Shown: piece by piece, positions 18,995-28,561 of the stretch
How positions within the stretch are numbered: the stretch's first letter is position 1
Layout of the letters: every line of letters begins with the position of its first letter
Assembly: GCF_000013905.1 (NCBI RefSeq)
Contig: NC_007969.1
Coordinates: forward strand, 1,200,001 to 1,232,000
DNA length: 32,000 nucleotides
Source of the DNA: Psychrobacter cryohalolentis K5
GTDB lineage: Bacteria > Pseudomonadota > Gammaproteobacteria > Pseudomonadales > Moraxellaceae
Direction of reading: 5' to 3'
Translations under genes and position numbers: made by a program
Notes under the pieces: model-generated
Database searches by the model: none
What the model saw: the letters and a program-made list of their open reading frames with translations, nothing else
Told to the model about the DNA's origin: nothing

Positions 18995-20242
18995 ATGCGT
19001 CATGAAGTTATCGTTATCGGTGCAGGTATGGTTGGCACCTCGGTTGCTTGGCATCTACAAAAAAACAATGCTGAAGTTTTGCTTATAGACAAAAAGCTAC
19101 CGGGCTCAGAGACTTCATACGGCAATGCTGGCTTGATTCAGCGTGAGGCGATTCATACGCATCCGTTTCCGCGCCAGCTGACTGAAATGATACGTGTATT
19201 GCCAAACCAAGGTACTGATATCCGCTATCGCATACCAGCTATTCTTCGTTATCATCAGGCGCTGTTGCAATACTGGAAATACTCTACACCTGCTTCAGTT
19301 AAAAAAATCGAAGGCGAGTGGCAAACACTGATTGAGCATTGCACAAGCGAACATCAAACCATGATTAGCGCCTCTGGTGCAGATGAGCTGATTACCCGCG
19401 ATGGTTGGTTGCAATTACATCGCTCTGAAGACACTTTTAAAGAAGCCATTGCGCTAGCTATCGATGCTCGCAATCAAGGTGTTGAACATAATGTATTGAC
19501 AGTTGAAGAATTAAGAGTCATGGAGCCTAGCGCCAATTTTGACGAGTTCGTCGGCGCAATTCATTGGTTGAATTCTTGGCAGGTCTCAAACCCAAGCTTT
19601 CTGGTTAAAGCCTATGCAAAAAACTTCCAAGAAATGGGCGGGACAATTAAAGAGACTGGCGTTCAAGAAATCTTACAAGAAGATGGCGGCTGGAAGATTG
19701 TCACCGATACCGAGACTTTCTATAGTGATAAATTAGTCATCGCAGCAGGACCTTGGTCTAATGATCTCATCAAGCCGCTTGGTTATGACTTGCCATTATT
19801 CCCGATGCGTGGCTATCATCAGCATTTTAAAGTCAACGAGAAGAACACCATCCATCATAGTATGTTTGATATGGATAAAGGTTTTGTCATGGGACCGATG
19901 CAGCAAGGTATCCGTATTACCACTGGTGCTGAGATGACGACCATGAATGCGCCAAAGAATTTTGGACAGTTAAAAACCGTGCTTAAACTGGCGCGAAAAA
20001 TATTGCCATTAGAAGATGCAGTTGAGAGTGAAGCATGGGCAGGCTCGCGTCCTTGTATGCCAGATATGAAGCCAGTTATCGGTCCTGCAAGTAACCATGA
20101 AAAATTATGGTTTGCCTTTGGTCACAGTCATCAAGGTTTCACCTTAGGACCGATGACCGGTCGTCTGGTTGAAGAGATGATTCATGAAAAGCCATTACTA
20201 GTCGATATCAAACCCTTTAGCGCTGATCGCTTTTCTCGCTAA
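18995..20242 (+). CDS. FAD-dependent oxidoreductase (DAO family, D-amino-acid dehydrogenase-like)
   Basis: I trimmed the start to the ATG at 18995, which has an AAGGGA RBS. The protein then begins MRHEVIVIGAGMVGTS, a Rossmann GxGxxG dinucleotide fold at the extreme N-terminus as in DadA/DAO proteins. The C-terminal region reads GHSHQGFTLGP. Confidence 0.85.
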   Translation: MRHEVIVIGAGMVGTSVAWHLQKNNAEVLLIDKKLPGSETSYGNAGLIQREAIHTHPFPRQLTEMIRVLPNQGTDIRYRIPAILRYHQALLQYWKYSTPASVKKIEGEWQTLIEHCTSEHQTMISASGADELITRDGWLQLHRSEDTFKEAIALAIDARNQGVEHNVLTVEELRVMEPSANFDEFVGAIHWLNSWQVSNPSFLVKAYAKNFQEMGGTIKETGVQEILQEDGGWKIVTDTETFYSDKLVIAAGPWSNDLIKPLGYDLPLFPMRGYHQHFKVNEKNTIHHSMFDMDKGFVMGPMQQGIRITTGAEMTTMNAPKNFGQLKTVLKLARKILPLEDAVESEAWAGSRPCMPDMKPVIGPASNHEKLWFAFGHSHQGFTLGPMTGRLVEEMIHEKPLLVDIKPFSADRFSR

Positions 20243-20308
20243 GTAAGATTTCATAAAACTTGAGTCATTTATACATTTTAAAGCATTAAAAATTAAGGAT
20301 AATAATCT

Positions 20309-20647
20309 ATGCAAAAGCTCCATAGTAATCAACGTATGAGTAAAATTGTGGTTCATAACCAGACTGTTTATCTATGTGGTCAAGTAGGTAACGCTGAAGA
20401 TGACATCAAAGCCCAAACCTTAACTTGCCTAGAGAAGATCGAAAGCTTGTTGCAAGAAGTCGGTAGTGACAAATCAAAGCTGCTAATGGCGACTGTCTGG
20501 GTGAAAAGCATGTCGGATTTTGCGGCAATGAATGAAGTATGGGATAAGTGGTTCGAAGGCGTACAGCCGCCAGCTCGTGCTTGCGGTGAATCTGCTTTGG
20601 CACGTCCTGAGCTGTTGGTTGAGATTACTGCTATCGCTGCTGAGTAA
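20309..20647 (+). CDS. RidA/YjgF family enamine/imine deaminase
   Basis: 112 aa with the YjgF fold pattern (VYLCGQVG ... ARACGES ... LVEI). An AAGGA RBS is present. Confidence 0.88.
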   Translation: MQKLHSNQRMSKIVVHNQTVYLCGQVGNAEDDIKAQTLTCLEKIESLLQEVGSDKSKLLMATVWVKSMSDFAAMNEVWDKWFEGVQPPARACGESALARPELLVEITAIAAE

Positions 20648-20686
20648 ATACCAGTACCTGCTACTTAAAACTGAATAATAATGAGA

Positions 20687-20715
20687 GGGCGTGATATGAC
20701 TATCACGCCCTTTTT
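20687..20715 (+). terminator. Rho-independent terminator after the RidA gene
   Basis: A perfect 10-bp stem, GGGCGTGATA-TGAC-TATCACGCCC, is followed by TTTTT. Confidence 0.88.
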
Positions 20716-20776
20716 GATGAGCGACGCATGCAAATAGTCTATAATTAACCTCGTTGACAGTATTGACAGTTATCTG

Positions 20777-21226
20777 ATGAGCAGCAAAAAGGGTTACAAA
20801 AAAATGATTAATAATAAAATCTATCATTCAATTTATGTGTTGGCAGAAAAGCTATTAGAAGCGGACAGTGCCAATGATAAAGAGACATTTGATACGCTGT
20901 ATGTACAGCTAAAAGACTTGTGCATTGAAAATGAGAAAGGCAATAAGGATCATCCTGAGCAGTGGGAGACATTGGCAGATTTTACGGAAGATTTGGATGA
21001 GGCATTAGTTATTTACCAAAAAGCCTTGGATAAAGCCGCAGCGATTCAATCAAAAGAGCATTTATCATCGATTGCCTTTTCAATGGCTGAGTTACAGAGC
21101 GAGCTTGGACAGACAGAGGCAGCGATTCAAAGCTTACAGAGTGCTAAAATTACTGCCAGTAAGCTCGACGATAAATCATTCAAAAGTGAGATAAATAAGA
21201 TGCTTGCAAAATTACTAGCTGAGTAA
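20777..21226 (+). CDS. hypothetical helical (TPR-like) protein
   Basis: The ORF is 149 aa. The true start may be the ATG at 20804 (MINNKIYH), because tandem TTGACA boxes sit at 20753-20767. The protein is all-alpha with heptad-like repeats. I recognise no catalytic motifs. Confidence 0.5.
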   Translation: MSSKKGYKKMINNKIYHSIYVLAEKLLEADSANDKETFDTLYVQLKDLCIENEKGNKDHPEQWETLADFTEDLDEALVIYQKALDKAAAIQSKEHLSSIAFSMAELQSELGQTEAAIQSLQSAKITASKLDDKSFKSEINKMLAKLLAE

Positions 21227-21332
21227 TCTTAATTATTGCCATTTCTTATTTAAAAAACGCCTTTGTTATTTAAAAAGTGGCGCTGCCAACGCCAACAGAG
21301 ACATTTTGCATTATAGAATAACTCTGTTGTTC

Positions 21333-22157
21333 TTATCGTCCTGTCCATATGGCAGAACGCTTTTCGATAAAGGCGTCAATCCCTTCACTCACATCATCCG
21401 CCATCATATTGCAGCTCATCACCTCACTGGCATACTCATAAGCCTCTGCCAATTCCATATCCAATTGCTTATAAAACATGGTTTTGCCAGTTTTAAGAGC
21501 GACTGAAGATTTATTGGTAATAGCGTCTATCAGAGACTGTAGCATCTGGTCTAATTGCTCAGCGCTTGCCACACGATTGATCAGTCCCTGCTGTAGTGCA
21601 GTGTGGGCATCTATAAATTCACCAGTAATAAGCATCTCAAATGCTTGCTTACGAGATAGGTTGCGACTGACTGCTACTGCAGGGGTAGAACAAAATAGCC
21701 CTACATTGATACCAGAGGTGGCAAATTTGGCATTGTCCGAGGCAACAGCTAAATCACAAGCTGCGACCAGCTGACAACCAGCAGCGGTAGCGATGCCTTG
21801 TACTTTGGCAATGACAACTTGCGGCATTTGATTGATGGTGAGCATAATCTGACTACATTGCTCAAATAAAGCGCGCTGAAAAGCGACATCTGGATTGGCG
21901 CGCATCTCTTTTAGATTATGTCCAGCACAAAATGCCTTGCCATTTGCGGCAATCACCAGTACTTGTATGGTCTTGTCTTGGGCAATATTATCCAGCTCCG
22001 CTTGCATAGCAGCTAGCAACTTAACAGATAAAGCATTGAATTGTTTGGAACTGTTAAGTGTCAACGTTACAACACTGCCTGAATTTTTTCTAATAACCAA
22101 TGGCTCATTAATGTTTGTCGAGGGAGTTACTGATTGAATGGGGTTAAATTGGGTCAT
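21333..22157 (-). CDS. enoyl-CoA hydratase/isomerase (crotonase) family protein
   Basis: 274 aa. The crotonase oxyanion-hole region is GKAFCAGHNLKEM, with a second segment GIATAAGCQL. An AAGGA RBS is present. Confidence 0.88.
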   Translation of the reverse strand: MTQFNPIQSVTPSTNINEPLVIRKNSGSVVTLTLNSSKQFNALSVKLLAAMQAELDNIAQDKTIQVLVIAANGKAFCAGHNLKEMRANPDVAFQRALFEQCSQIMLTINQMPQVVIAKVQGIATAAGCQLVAACDLAVASDNAKFATSGINVGLFCSTPAVAVSRNLSRKQAFEMLITGEFIDAHTALQQGLINRVASAEQLDQMLQSLIDAITNKSSVALKTGKTMFYKQLDMELAEAYEYASEVMSCNMMADDVSEGIDAFIEKRSAIWTGR

Positions 22158-22283
22158 TTATCGTCCTTGATAATGGGTATTTAAACTTAGTGAAAAAGTG
22201 TAAAAGCTATTTAAATAATAACCTAAATAGTAGCATGCTTAATTGGTTAAGCAAGAGGTCAGTGATACTGATATAGCCCACAT

Positions 22284-22320
22284 AAAAATAGCGCCCTTAT
22301 ATGATAAGAGCGCTATTTTT
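22284..22320 (-). terminator. Rho-independent terminator after the VOC gene
   Basis: AAAAATAGCGCCCTTA-TATGA-TAAGAGCGCTATTTTT is a stem with one mismatch, flanked by A and T runs. It lies 47 nt downstream of the VOC stop codon. Confidence 0.75.
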
Positions 22321-22366
22321 ATGTTTCAAAGCAATAATTTTTCAAAAAACATACTACTAATGACTC

Positions 22367-22867
22367 TTAATAAGCGCCTTCACTATAAATCAGCTCATAG
22401 CTATGGCTATATATCTCAACGATATTACCAAATGGATCTTCCATATAAATCATGCGATAGGGTTTTTCGCCAGGGTAGTAATAACGAGGTTTATCCATCC
22501 GTTTTTTACCCCCTGCGGCAACCATACGTTCGGCAAGCTCTTCAACATTGGGATCTTGAACACAGAAATGGAAGATACCTGTTTTCCAGTATTCAAAGTT
22601 ATTGTCAGGGTCTTCTTGATTTTTGAATTCAAAAATCTCAACGCCAATACGGTCGCCAGTTGATAAATGAGCGATACGAAAACTGCCCCAACCTGCACCA
22701 AAGACTTCGGTACACATCTCACCAATAGCACTGTCATCTTCGGTGATTTCAGTCGGCTCCATGATGATGTACCAACCCATCACTTCAGTATAAAATTTGA
22801 CAGCGGCATCGAGGTCAGGTACTGAAAGACCAATATGTGAAAAGCTTCTTGGATAAACATTATTCAT
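22367..22867 (-). CDS. VOC (glyoxalase/bleomycin-resistance/dioxygenase) family protein
   Basis: 166 aa. The start (FSHIGLSVPDLDAAVKFYTEVMGW) and end (MEDPFGNIVEI) are typical of paired beta-alpha-beta-beta-beta VOC modules. An AAGGAG RBS is present. Confidence 0.8.
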   Translation of the reverse strand: MNNVYPRSFSHIGLSVPDLDAAVKFYTEVMGWYIIMEPTEITEDDSAIGEMCTEVFGAGWGSFRIAHLSTGDRIGVEIFEFKNQEDPDNNFEYWKTGIFHFCVQDPNVEELAERMVAAGGKKRMDKPRYYYPGEKPYRMIYMEDPFGNIVEIYSHSYELIYSEGAY

Positions 22868-22959
22868 GGTTTGTACTCCTTTTTGATATGGGAGTAGTTT
22901 ACAAAGTTATGTATATTACGTAAAATTATCATTTATTATAAAGATAAGTATGTACTGTA

Positions 22960-23829
22960 ATGATAAATATCACATGGCTACGTACTTTTTGTACCTTGGT
23001 TGAAATTGGACATTTTACTCATACTGCCGAGCGTCTATATATGACGCAGTCAGGGGTTAGTCAACATATACGTAAGCTTGAGAGTCAGCTAGAGATTGAC
23101 TTGCTTATTCGTCAAGGTAAACAGTTTTCATTGACAGATGCAGGTGAGCATTTGTATCGAGAGGCAGAGGATATCTTGCAGCGCTTATCACGCTTAGAGC
23201 AGCGTATCGGTGACGATCCGTATAATGAGGGATTGGTGCGAATTATGTCGCCTGGCAGCGTTGGTTTAAAGCTCTATCCTAAGCTGTTAACATTACAAGA
23301 GCAGCATCCACAGCTGGTGATTGATTACCGTTTTGCCCCCAATACAGATATAGAGCAGGCGCTCTCCAAGCATGAGATTGATATAGGTTTTATGACAACT
23401 ATCTCGGATGATGAGACGGTCAGCTGCAAGCCGGTGGCTCAAGAAGCGCTACTACTGGTGACACCAGTCACGATGATGGAGCCTAGCTGGGAAGCACTTA
23501 CCAAGCTTGGATTTATTGATCATCCTGATGGCGCACATCATGCCAGTTTACTATTGAGTGCCAATTATCCTGAATTTGGACACATCAATGACTTTATTAA
23601 AAAAGGTTTTTCTAATCAGATAGGTATGATTTTAGAGCCGGTAAGTAGGGGGCTTGGATTTACCGTATTACCAGCGCACGCAGTTGCCGCGTATCCAAAC
23701 CCGCAGCTGCTTAAATGTCATCAGCTGCCAGTCTCAGTTAGTGAAACCCTGTACTTTGCTGTACGCCGCCAGCAGGTACTGCCAAATAGGATGCAAACCG
23801 TCCTCAATGAGGTGAAAAAATGGCTATAA
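22960..23829 (+). CDS. LysR family transcriptional regulator
   Basis: 289 aa. The N-terminal wHTH reads FCTLVEIGHFTHTAERLYMTQSGVSQHIRKLE, followed by a substrate-binding domain. It is divergent from the VOC gene. Confidence 0.93.
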   Translation: MINITWLRTFCTLVEIGHFTHTAERLYMTQSGVSQHIRKLESQLEIDLLIRQGKQFSLTDAGEHLYREAEDILQRLSRLEQRIGDDPYNEGLVRIMSPGSVGLKLYPKLLTLQEQHPQLVIDYRFAPNTDIEQALSKHEIDIGFMTTISDDETVSCKPVAQEALLLVTPVTMMEPSWEALTKLGFIDHPDGAHHASLLLSANYPEFGHINDFIKKGFSNQIGMILEPVSRGLGFTVLPAHAVAAYPNPQLLKCHQLPVSVSETLYFAVRRQQVLPNRMQTVLNEVKKWL

Positions 23830-23879
23830 CAGTGGCTATAACAGCGTTTAAGAGAGTATCTTAAGTAGCCGTATAAAGT

Positions 23880-25016
23880 CTACTTGATACTTTGACCTAG
23901 TTTTATTGCCGCAGCAATATTGGTGGCAGTGATTTCAACATTATGATAAGCATTTTTAAAGATGTTCTCGATGGACTCTAGCTTTTGGATACTGGGCATG
24001 ATGATATCAAACTGACTGGTCTGAGCCGATTCTAGTCCATCAACACTGCCACAAATCGCAATCACTGGCGTAAGGCGGGCTTTGGCAATGTGACTAATGC
24101 CGCCAGCTACTTTACCCATGGCAGACTGAGCGTCAAGCTTGCCTTCACCAGTAATAACCAAATCTGCATCGGCAATGTGCTGTGATAAGTTGGTAACTTT
24201 TGCCACTGTATCAAAACCTGACTTTAACTCAGCTTGGCAAAAGCTCATTAATGCATAGCCAAGTCCACCTGCTGCGCCAGCACCCGCTATCTCTTGATAA
24301 TTCTGATAGCCATGCTGCTCACATATACTCGCAAAGTGGTTTAACGCTTGGTCCAAATCATTGACTTGCTGTAGACTAGCGCCTTTTTGAGGACCAAATA
24401 TTGCACTGGCACCCAACTCGCCACATAGAGGATTGGTCACATCACAGGCTACTTCAAACATTGTCTCCAACACGCTAGTATGGAAGCTTGTCGCATCTAA
24501 TCGTTGCAAGTTGGCAAGCGCGCCGCCGCCTTGGGCTAGCATATTGTCATCACTATCATGAAACCTCATGCCAAGTGCGGTTAGCATACCAAGTCCTGCA
24601 TCATTGGTGGCACTACCACCAAGACCGATAATAATACGTTTGACACCTTCCCTTAAAGCATCTGCAATCAGCTCGCCAACGCCATAGCTGCTGGCGATGA
24701 CTGGATTGCGCTCTGCCACAGTCAAGAGATGTAAACCGCAAGCTTGAGCAACTTCGATGACCGCAGTTGCATCAGGCAGTAATAAGTATTTTGCGCTAAT
24801 CGGTCGCATTAAAGGGTCATGGACGTGCACTTCTTTCCAGCGACCACCTAGCACGTAAGACAATACTGCAGAAGTCCCTTCACCGCCATCTGCCATGGGT
24901 AGCAGTTTATAGTCAGCATCTGGAAACACTTGGCTGAAGCCAGATTGAATGGCGCGGCAAACATCCAGTGCTTCTAAGCTTTCTTTAAATGAGTCGGGAG
25001 CAATTAAAATTTTCAT
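23880..25016 (-). CDS. glxK: glycerate kinase
   Basis: I trimmed the start to the ATG at 25016. The protein then begins MKILIAPDSFKESL, the canonical glycerate kinase N-terminus. GGSATNDAG and ITGEGKLD motifs are present. Confidence 0.9.
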   Translation of the reverse strand: MKILIAPDSFKESLEALDVCRAIQSGFSQVFPDADYKLLPMADGGEGTSAVLSYVLGGRWKEVHVHDPLMRPISAKYLLLPDATAVIEVAQACGLHLLTVAERNPVIASSYGVGELIADALREGVKRIIIGLGGSATNDAGLGMLTALGMRFHDSDDNMLAQGGGALANLQRLDATSFHTSVLETMFEVACDVTNPLCGELGASAIFGPQKGASLQQVNDLDQALNHFASICEQHGYQNYQEIAGAGAAGGLGYALMSFCQAELKSGFDTVAKVTNLSQHIADADLVITGEGKLDAQSAMGKVAGGISHIAKARLTPVIAICGSVDGLESAQTSQFDIIMPSIQKLESIENIFKNAYHNVEITATNIAAAIKLGQSIK

Positions 25017-25036
25017 GAATGTCTCTTTGAATCTCT

Positions 25037-26398
25037 TTAAATAAATACCAAGGTTAATAACCAAATAAAGATGATACTGGTCACGCCCTGAATACCAGTC
25101 GCCATAGAATGGGCTTTATAAGCCTGTGCCACACTCATACGACTAAACTGGCTAACAATCCAAAAAAAGCTGTCATTAGCGTGCGAGATAGTCATCGCGC
25201 CTGCACCAATTGCCATCACACAAAATACGCGACCAAGCTCACTATCGAGACCTATTTGACCCAATAGTGGTGCGACCATCGCAGAGGTGGTCACCAAGGC
25301 AACAGTAGTTGAGCCTTGTGCTGTTTTTAGTGCAGCAGAAACGATAAATGGCATAAAAATACCAAGCCCCAAGGCAGATAAAGTCGTACCCAAATAATCG
25401 CCAATTGGTGTGACCTTTAGCATAGCGCCAAACGCGCCGCCAGCACCAGTGATTAAGAGAATAGGCGCTGCGACCACCAAGCCTTGAGAGATGCTATCGC
25501 TGATTTGCTGCGTTTTTTGTTCAGTATTGATGAGTAAAAATGATAAAAACAAACCAATCAGTAGGGCTGTCAATGGATTGCCAATAAATATCAAGATATC
25601 TGTTATGGTACTTGTACCAAATGGCGTACTAGGTAAGTTAGCAACAGACGATAAGCAAATCAAGACGATAGGCACGATAATAGGTAAAAATGCCATGGTT
25701 GCCGACGGTAGCTTACTATAGTCGTCGCGAGTTTTCATGTTATTTGGCACAGTCGCAGCTGGCGCTTCGATTGCATCAATATTGTCAGGAGTGGCATTCA
25801 GGAAGCGATTGGACCATAACCAACCGGCAAGTACGGCAACAGTTGTCACAACGACCCCAACCATGATGACCAAGCCCAAATTTGACTCAAGTCCCAAGTT
25901 TCCTGCTGCTGCAATTGGACCTGGTGTTGGCGGTACAAAGGTATGAGTCGCATATAAGCCAGTTGCTAAGGCAATACTCATCGCCACGCTTGATACTTTT
26001 AAGCGCTCAGCCAAAGACTCTTTTAACGAGTTTAAAATAATATAGCCTGAATCGCAAAACACTGGTACAGATACTACGGCACCTACAATAGACATCGTCA
26101 AAGTAGGGAAGCGTGGTCCCAAGACTTTAATGACCGTTTCTGCCATCACAATGGCGGCACCCGTTTTCTCAAGTATTAAGCCGATAATAGTACCAAATAC
26201 AATGACCAGACCGATATATCCTAAGATGCCCCCAAAGCCATCAGAGATGGTTTTAGCGACCGTATTAAGCGGTACTTGGTAAAATAGTGCGACCAAAAAG
26301 GCAGATAAGATTAATACTAAAAAAGGATGCCACTTGAGTTTTGCGGTGGCAAAAATAATAAAAAGAATGGTCAGTACCAGCCAAAATACGATCATCAC
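25037..26398 (-). CDS. GntP family permease (gluconate/glycerate:H+ symporter-like)
   Basis: 453 aa with about 12 TM helices and GntP-type organisation. It ends 20 nt upstream of the glycerate kinase start on the same strand. Confidence 0.88.
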   Translation of the reverse strand: MMIVFWLVLTILFIIFATAKLKWHPFLVLILSAFLVALFYQVPLNTVAKTISDGFGGILGYIGLVIVFGTIIGLILEKTGAAIVMAETVIKVLGPRFPTLTMSIVGAVVSVPVFCDSGYIILNSLKESLAERLKVSSVAMSIALATGLYATHTFVPPTPGPIAAAGNLGLESNLGLVIMVGVVVTTVAVLAGWLWSNRFLNATPDNIDAIEAPAATVPNNMKTRDDYSKLPSATMAFLPIIVPIVLICLSSVANLPSTPFGTSTITDILIFIGNPLTALLIGLFLSFLLINTEQKTQQISDSISQGLVVAAPILLITGAGGAFGAMLKVTPIGDYLGTTLSALGLGIFMPFIVSAALKTAQGSTTVALVTTSAMVAPLLGQIGLDSELGRVFCVMAIGAGAMTISHANDSFFWIVSQFSRMSVAQAYKAHSMATGIQGVTSIIFIWLLTLVFI

Positions 26399-26596
26399 TG
26401 TCTCTATATAGTTGTTAATGTCTTATGACAAATTATGAGGCTCATGCAGCGTGCACTTCATAAAGCATCAATAGTCATATGAATTTTTAAAGGGGCATAT
26501 TCTATAGTAAATCTACGTTGCTAGGAAATCTATTCGGCTCATATTTGATTTTATTCATGGTAAAGCTTAGATACTCTGCTAGTATGTGGGTTTTGT

Positions 26597-27685
26597 TTGA
26601 CATGTACCAGATTTAGGATACTTCCTTTGAACATATTTAATGCCCCGATAATTCCCAATATCGAAAATAATGCGCTACGCCAGCAGCTAGAGCAAATCAT
26701 TGACCAAAAGACCAAACCAATTGGCGCACTTGGACGTTTAGAGACGCTCGCTCTGCAGTTAGGTATGATTCAAGGGACGCTTACGCCAAAGATTGAGCAA
26801 CCTCAAATTCGAGTATTTGCCGCCGATCATGGTTTAACCAAGCATGGCACGTCTGCGTATCCTAGTGCAGTCACTGCACAGATGGTTTATAACTTTTTGC
26901 AAGGCGGCGCTGCCATCAATGTCTTAGCACGTCAGCATAATATTGAGCTAAAAGTAGTCGATGCTGGGGTAGACGCGGATTTTAGCAATTCTCCTTTTAA
27001 AGACCATCCGCAACTGCTAGATTATAAAATTCGACATGGTAGCCGTGATGCGCTAACAGAAGCTGCGATGACAGAAGTAGAATGCTTGGCCGCATTAGAG
27101 AGTGGTATGAACGTGGTTAAGAACATGGCGGGTAATCTATTGATTGTCGGTGAAATGGGCATCGGTAATACCTCAGCGGCAAGTCTTTTGCTAGCGAGAC
27201 TTGGCGACTTGTCTATTGCTGATTGTATCGGTCGCGGTACAGGACTCGATGATGCAGGCTTGCAGCATAAGGCAAATATCTTAACGCAAGTATTAGAGCG
27301 TCACCGTGAAGCGCAAGTGCCGTTCGATGTGCTTGCTGCATTAGGCGGGCTTGAGATTGCTATGATGGCAGGCGCGCTGATGCAGGCTGCCAGTGAACGT
27401 CGTATTTTGTTAATTGATGGCTTTATCGCCAGTAGTGCTTTGCTTGTCGCCGAGCGCTTAGCACCGGGTGTTGCTCAATATGCTATCTTTGCTCATCACT
27501 CAGTTGAACCAGGACACGCGCATTTATTAAAACTGCTGAATGCTAAGCCATTACTTGATATGGGTATGCGCTTAGGCGAGGGCAGTGGTGCGGCATTAGC
27601 GTATCCACTATTACAATCTGCCTGTGCCATTATCAATGAGATGGCAAGTTTTAGTGATGCTGGTATCAGTGAGCAAAGCAAGTGA
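26597..27685 (+). CDS. cobT: nicotinate-nucleotide--dimethylbenzimidazole phosphoribosyltransferase
   Basis: Conserved segments include KPIGALGRLETLALQLG and GEMGIGNTSAASLL, plus a C-terminal LGEGSGAALA. The start is uncertain: the ORF opens with TTG at 26597, and a TTG at 26627 has an AGGA 8 nt upstream and gives a more typical length. Confidence 0.92.
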   Translation: MTCTRFRILPLNIFNAPIIPNIENNALRQQLEQIIDQKTKPIGALGRLETLALQLGMIQGTLTPKIEQPQIRVFAADHGLTKHGTSAYPSAVTAQMVYNFLQGGAAINVLARQHNIELKVVDAGVDADFSNSPFKDHPQLLDYKIRHGSRDALTEAAMTEVECLAALESGMNVVKNMAGNLLIVGEMGIGNTSAASLLLARLGDLSIADCIGRGTGLDDAGLQHKANILTQVLERHREAQVPFDVLAALGGLEIAMMAGALMQAASERRILLIDGFIASSALLVAERLAPGVAQYAIFAHHSVEPGHAHLLKLLNAKPLLDMGMRLGEGSGAALAYPLLQSACAIINEMASFSDAGISEQSK

Positions 27686-28518
27686 TGCAAAGTTCATCCT
27701 CAAAGCTGTCTGTATTGCAGCGCCTTCGTTATGAAGCCCGATTGATATTGGTTGCTGTTCAGTTTTTAACCCGTATATCCGTCCCGTCTTTTAGCCATTA
27801 TGATCCGCAGTGGCTGCACCAAAGCAGCCGTTATTTTCCAGCGGTAGGCTTACTGATAGGTTTGCTTTGTGCTGGCGTGTTTTGGCTTAGCAGTCTCTTA
27901 TTCATACCGCTAGTTGCGGCAGTGATAAGTACGGCTTTTGGTATCAAGCTGACAGGTGCTTTTCATGAAGATGGACTTGCCGATAGCTGCGATGGTTTAG
28001 GTGGTGGGCTAACTCGCGAGCGTACACTCACGATTATGAAAGACTCACGCCTAGGCACTTATGGCGTATTAGGTTTGGTCTCAGCGCTATTGCTTAAAAT
28101 TAGCTTACTTACTGCGATGCCAACACCCGTTGCTATCGTTGCACTCATTATTGGGCATACTGCGTCACGTTTATTTTGTATTAGCTTACTGACGCTATTG
28201 CCTTATGGCGGAGAGATTGAACATGCCAAAGCAAAACCGATGGCACAGCAGCTGACACCATTACAAGCTATATATAGCAGTGGTTGGCTAATATTGGCTA
28301 TTACTTTTGTCACACTGGTTTTCCCTAATACCATGCAACAGATTGGTATTTGGCAATGGTTATTGGCTTTATTGCTAGGCATAGGCGCGACAGATTATAT
28401 GCGGCGCTTATTACGTAGACGTTTAGATGGTTATACGGGTGATGGCTTAGGAGCCACGCAGCAGCTTAGCGAAATTGCTATTTACATTGGACTGGCCGCT
28501 TCATTGCCCTTAATTTAA
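27682..28518 (+). CDS. cobS: adenosylcobinamide-GDP ribazoletransferase (cobalamin synthase)
   Basis: 278 aa, multi-TM, with the signature FHEDGLADSCDGLGGG. The start (GTGATG at 27682/27685) overlaps the cobT TGA stop, which implies translational coupling. Confidence 0.92.
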   Translation: MMQSSSSKLSVLQRLRYEARLILVAVQFLTRISVPSFSHYDPQWLHQSSRYFPAVGLLIGLLCAGVFWLSSLLFIPLVAAVISTAFGIKLTGAFHEDGLADSCDGLGGGLTRERTLTIMKDSRLGTYGVLGLVSALLLKISLLTAMPTPVAIVALIIGHTASRLFCISLLTLLPYGGEIEHAKAKPMAQQLTPLQAIYSSGWLILAITFVTLVFPNTMQQIGIWQWLLALLLGIGATDYMRRLLRRRLDGYTGDGLGATQQLSEIAIYIGLAASLPLI

Positions 28519-28561
28519 GCCAAAGCGTTAAAAATGATGCTAAGAAAGGATACTCGCACTC

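Noticed and set aside
22243-22626. A 127-aa plus-strand ORF (with further ORFs at 22403-22663 on the plus strand and 22450-22737 on the minus strand) overlapping the VOC gene.
   Set aside because: The 127-aa ORF spans the terminator hairpin at 22284-22320. The two plus-strand ORFs lie antisense to a well-supported VOC CDS that has a strong RBS, and the minus-strand ORF lies out of frame within that same CDS. They are typical shadow ORFs with no RBS.
26399-26626. A possible cobalamin riboswitch upstream of cobT.
   Set aside because: I could find no B12-box-like sequence (consensus roughly AGYCMGGAGACCKGCC) and no GC-rich multi-helix core. The region is AT-rich and short. I cannot exclude a riboswitch without a covariance-model search.
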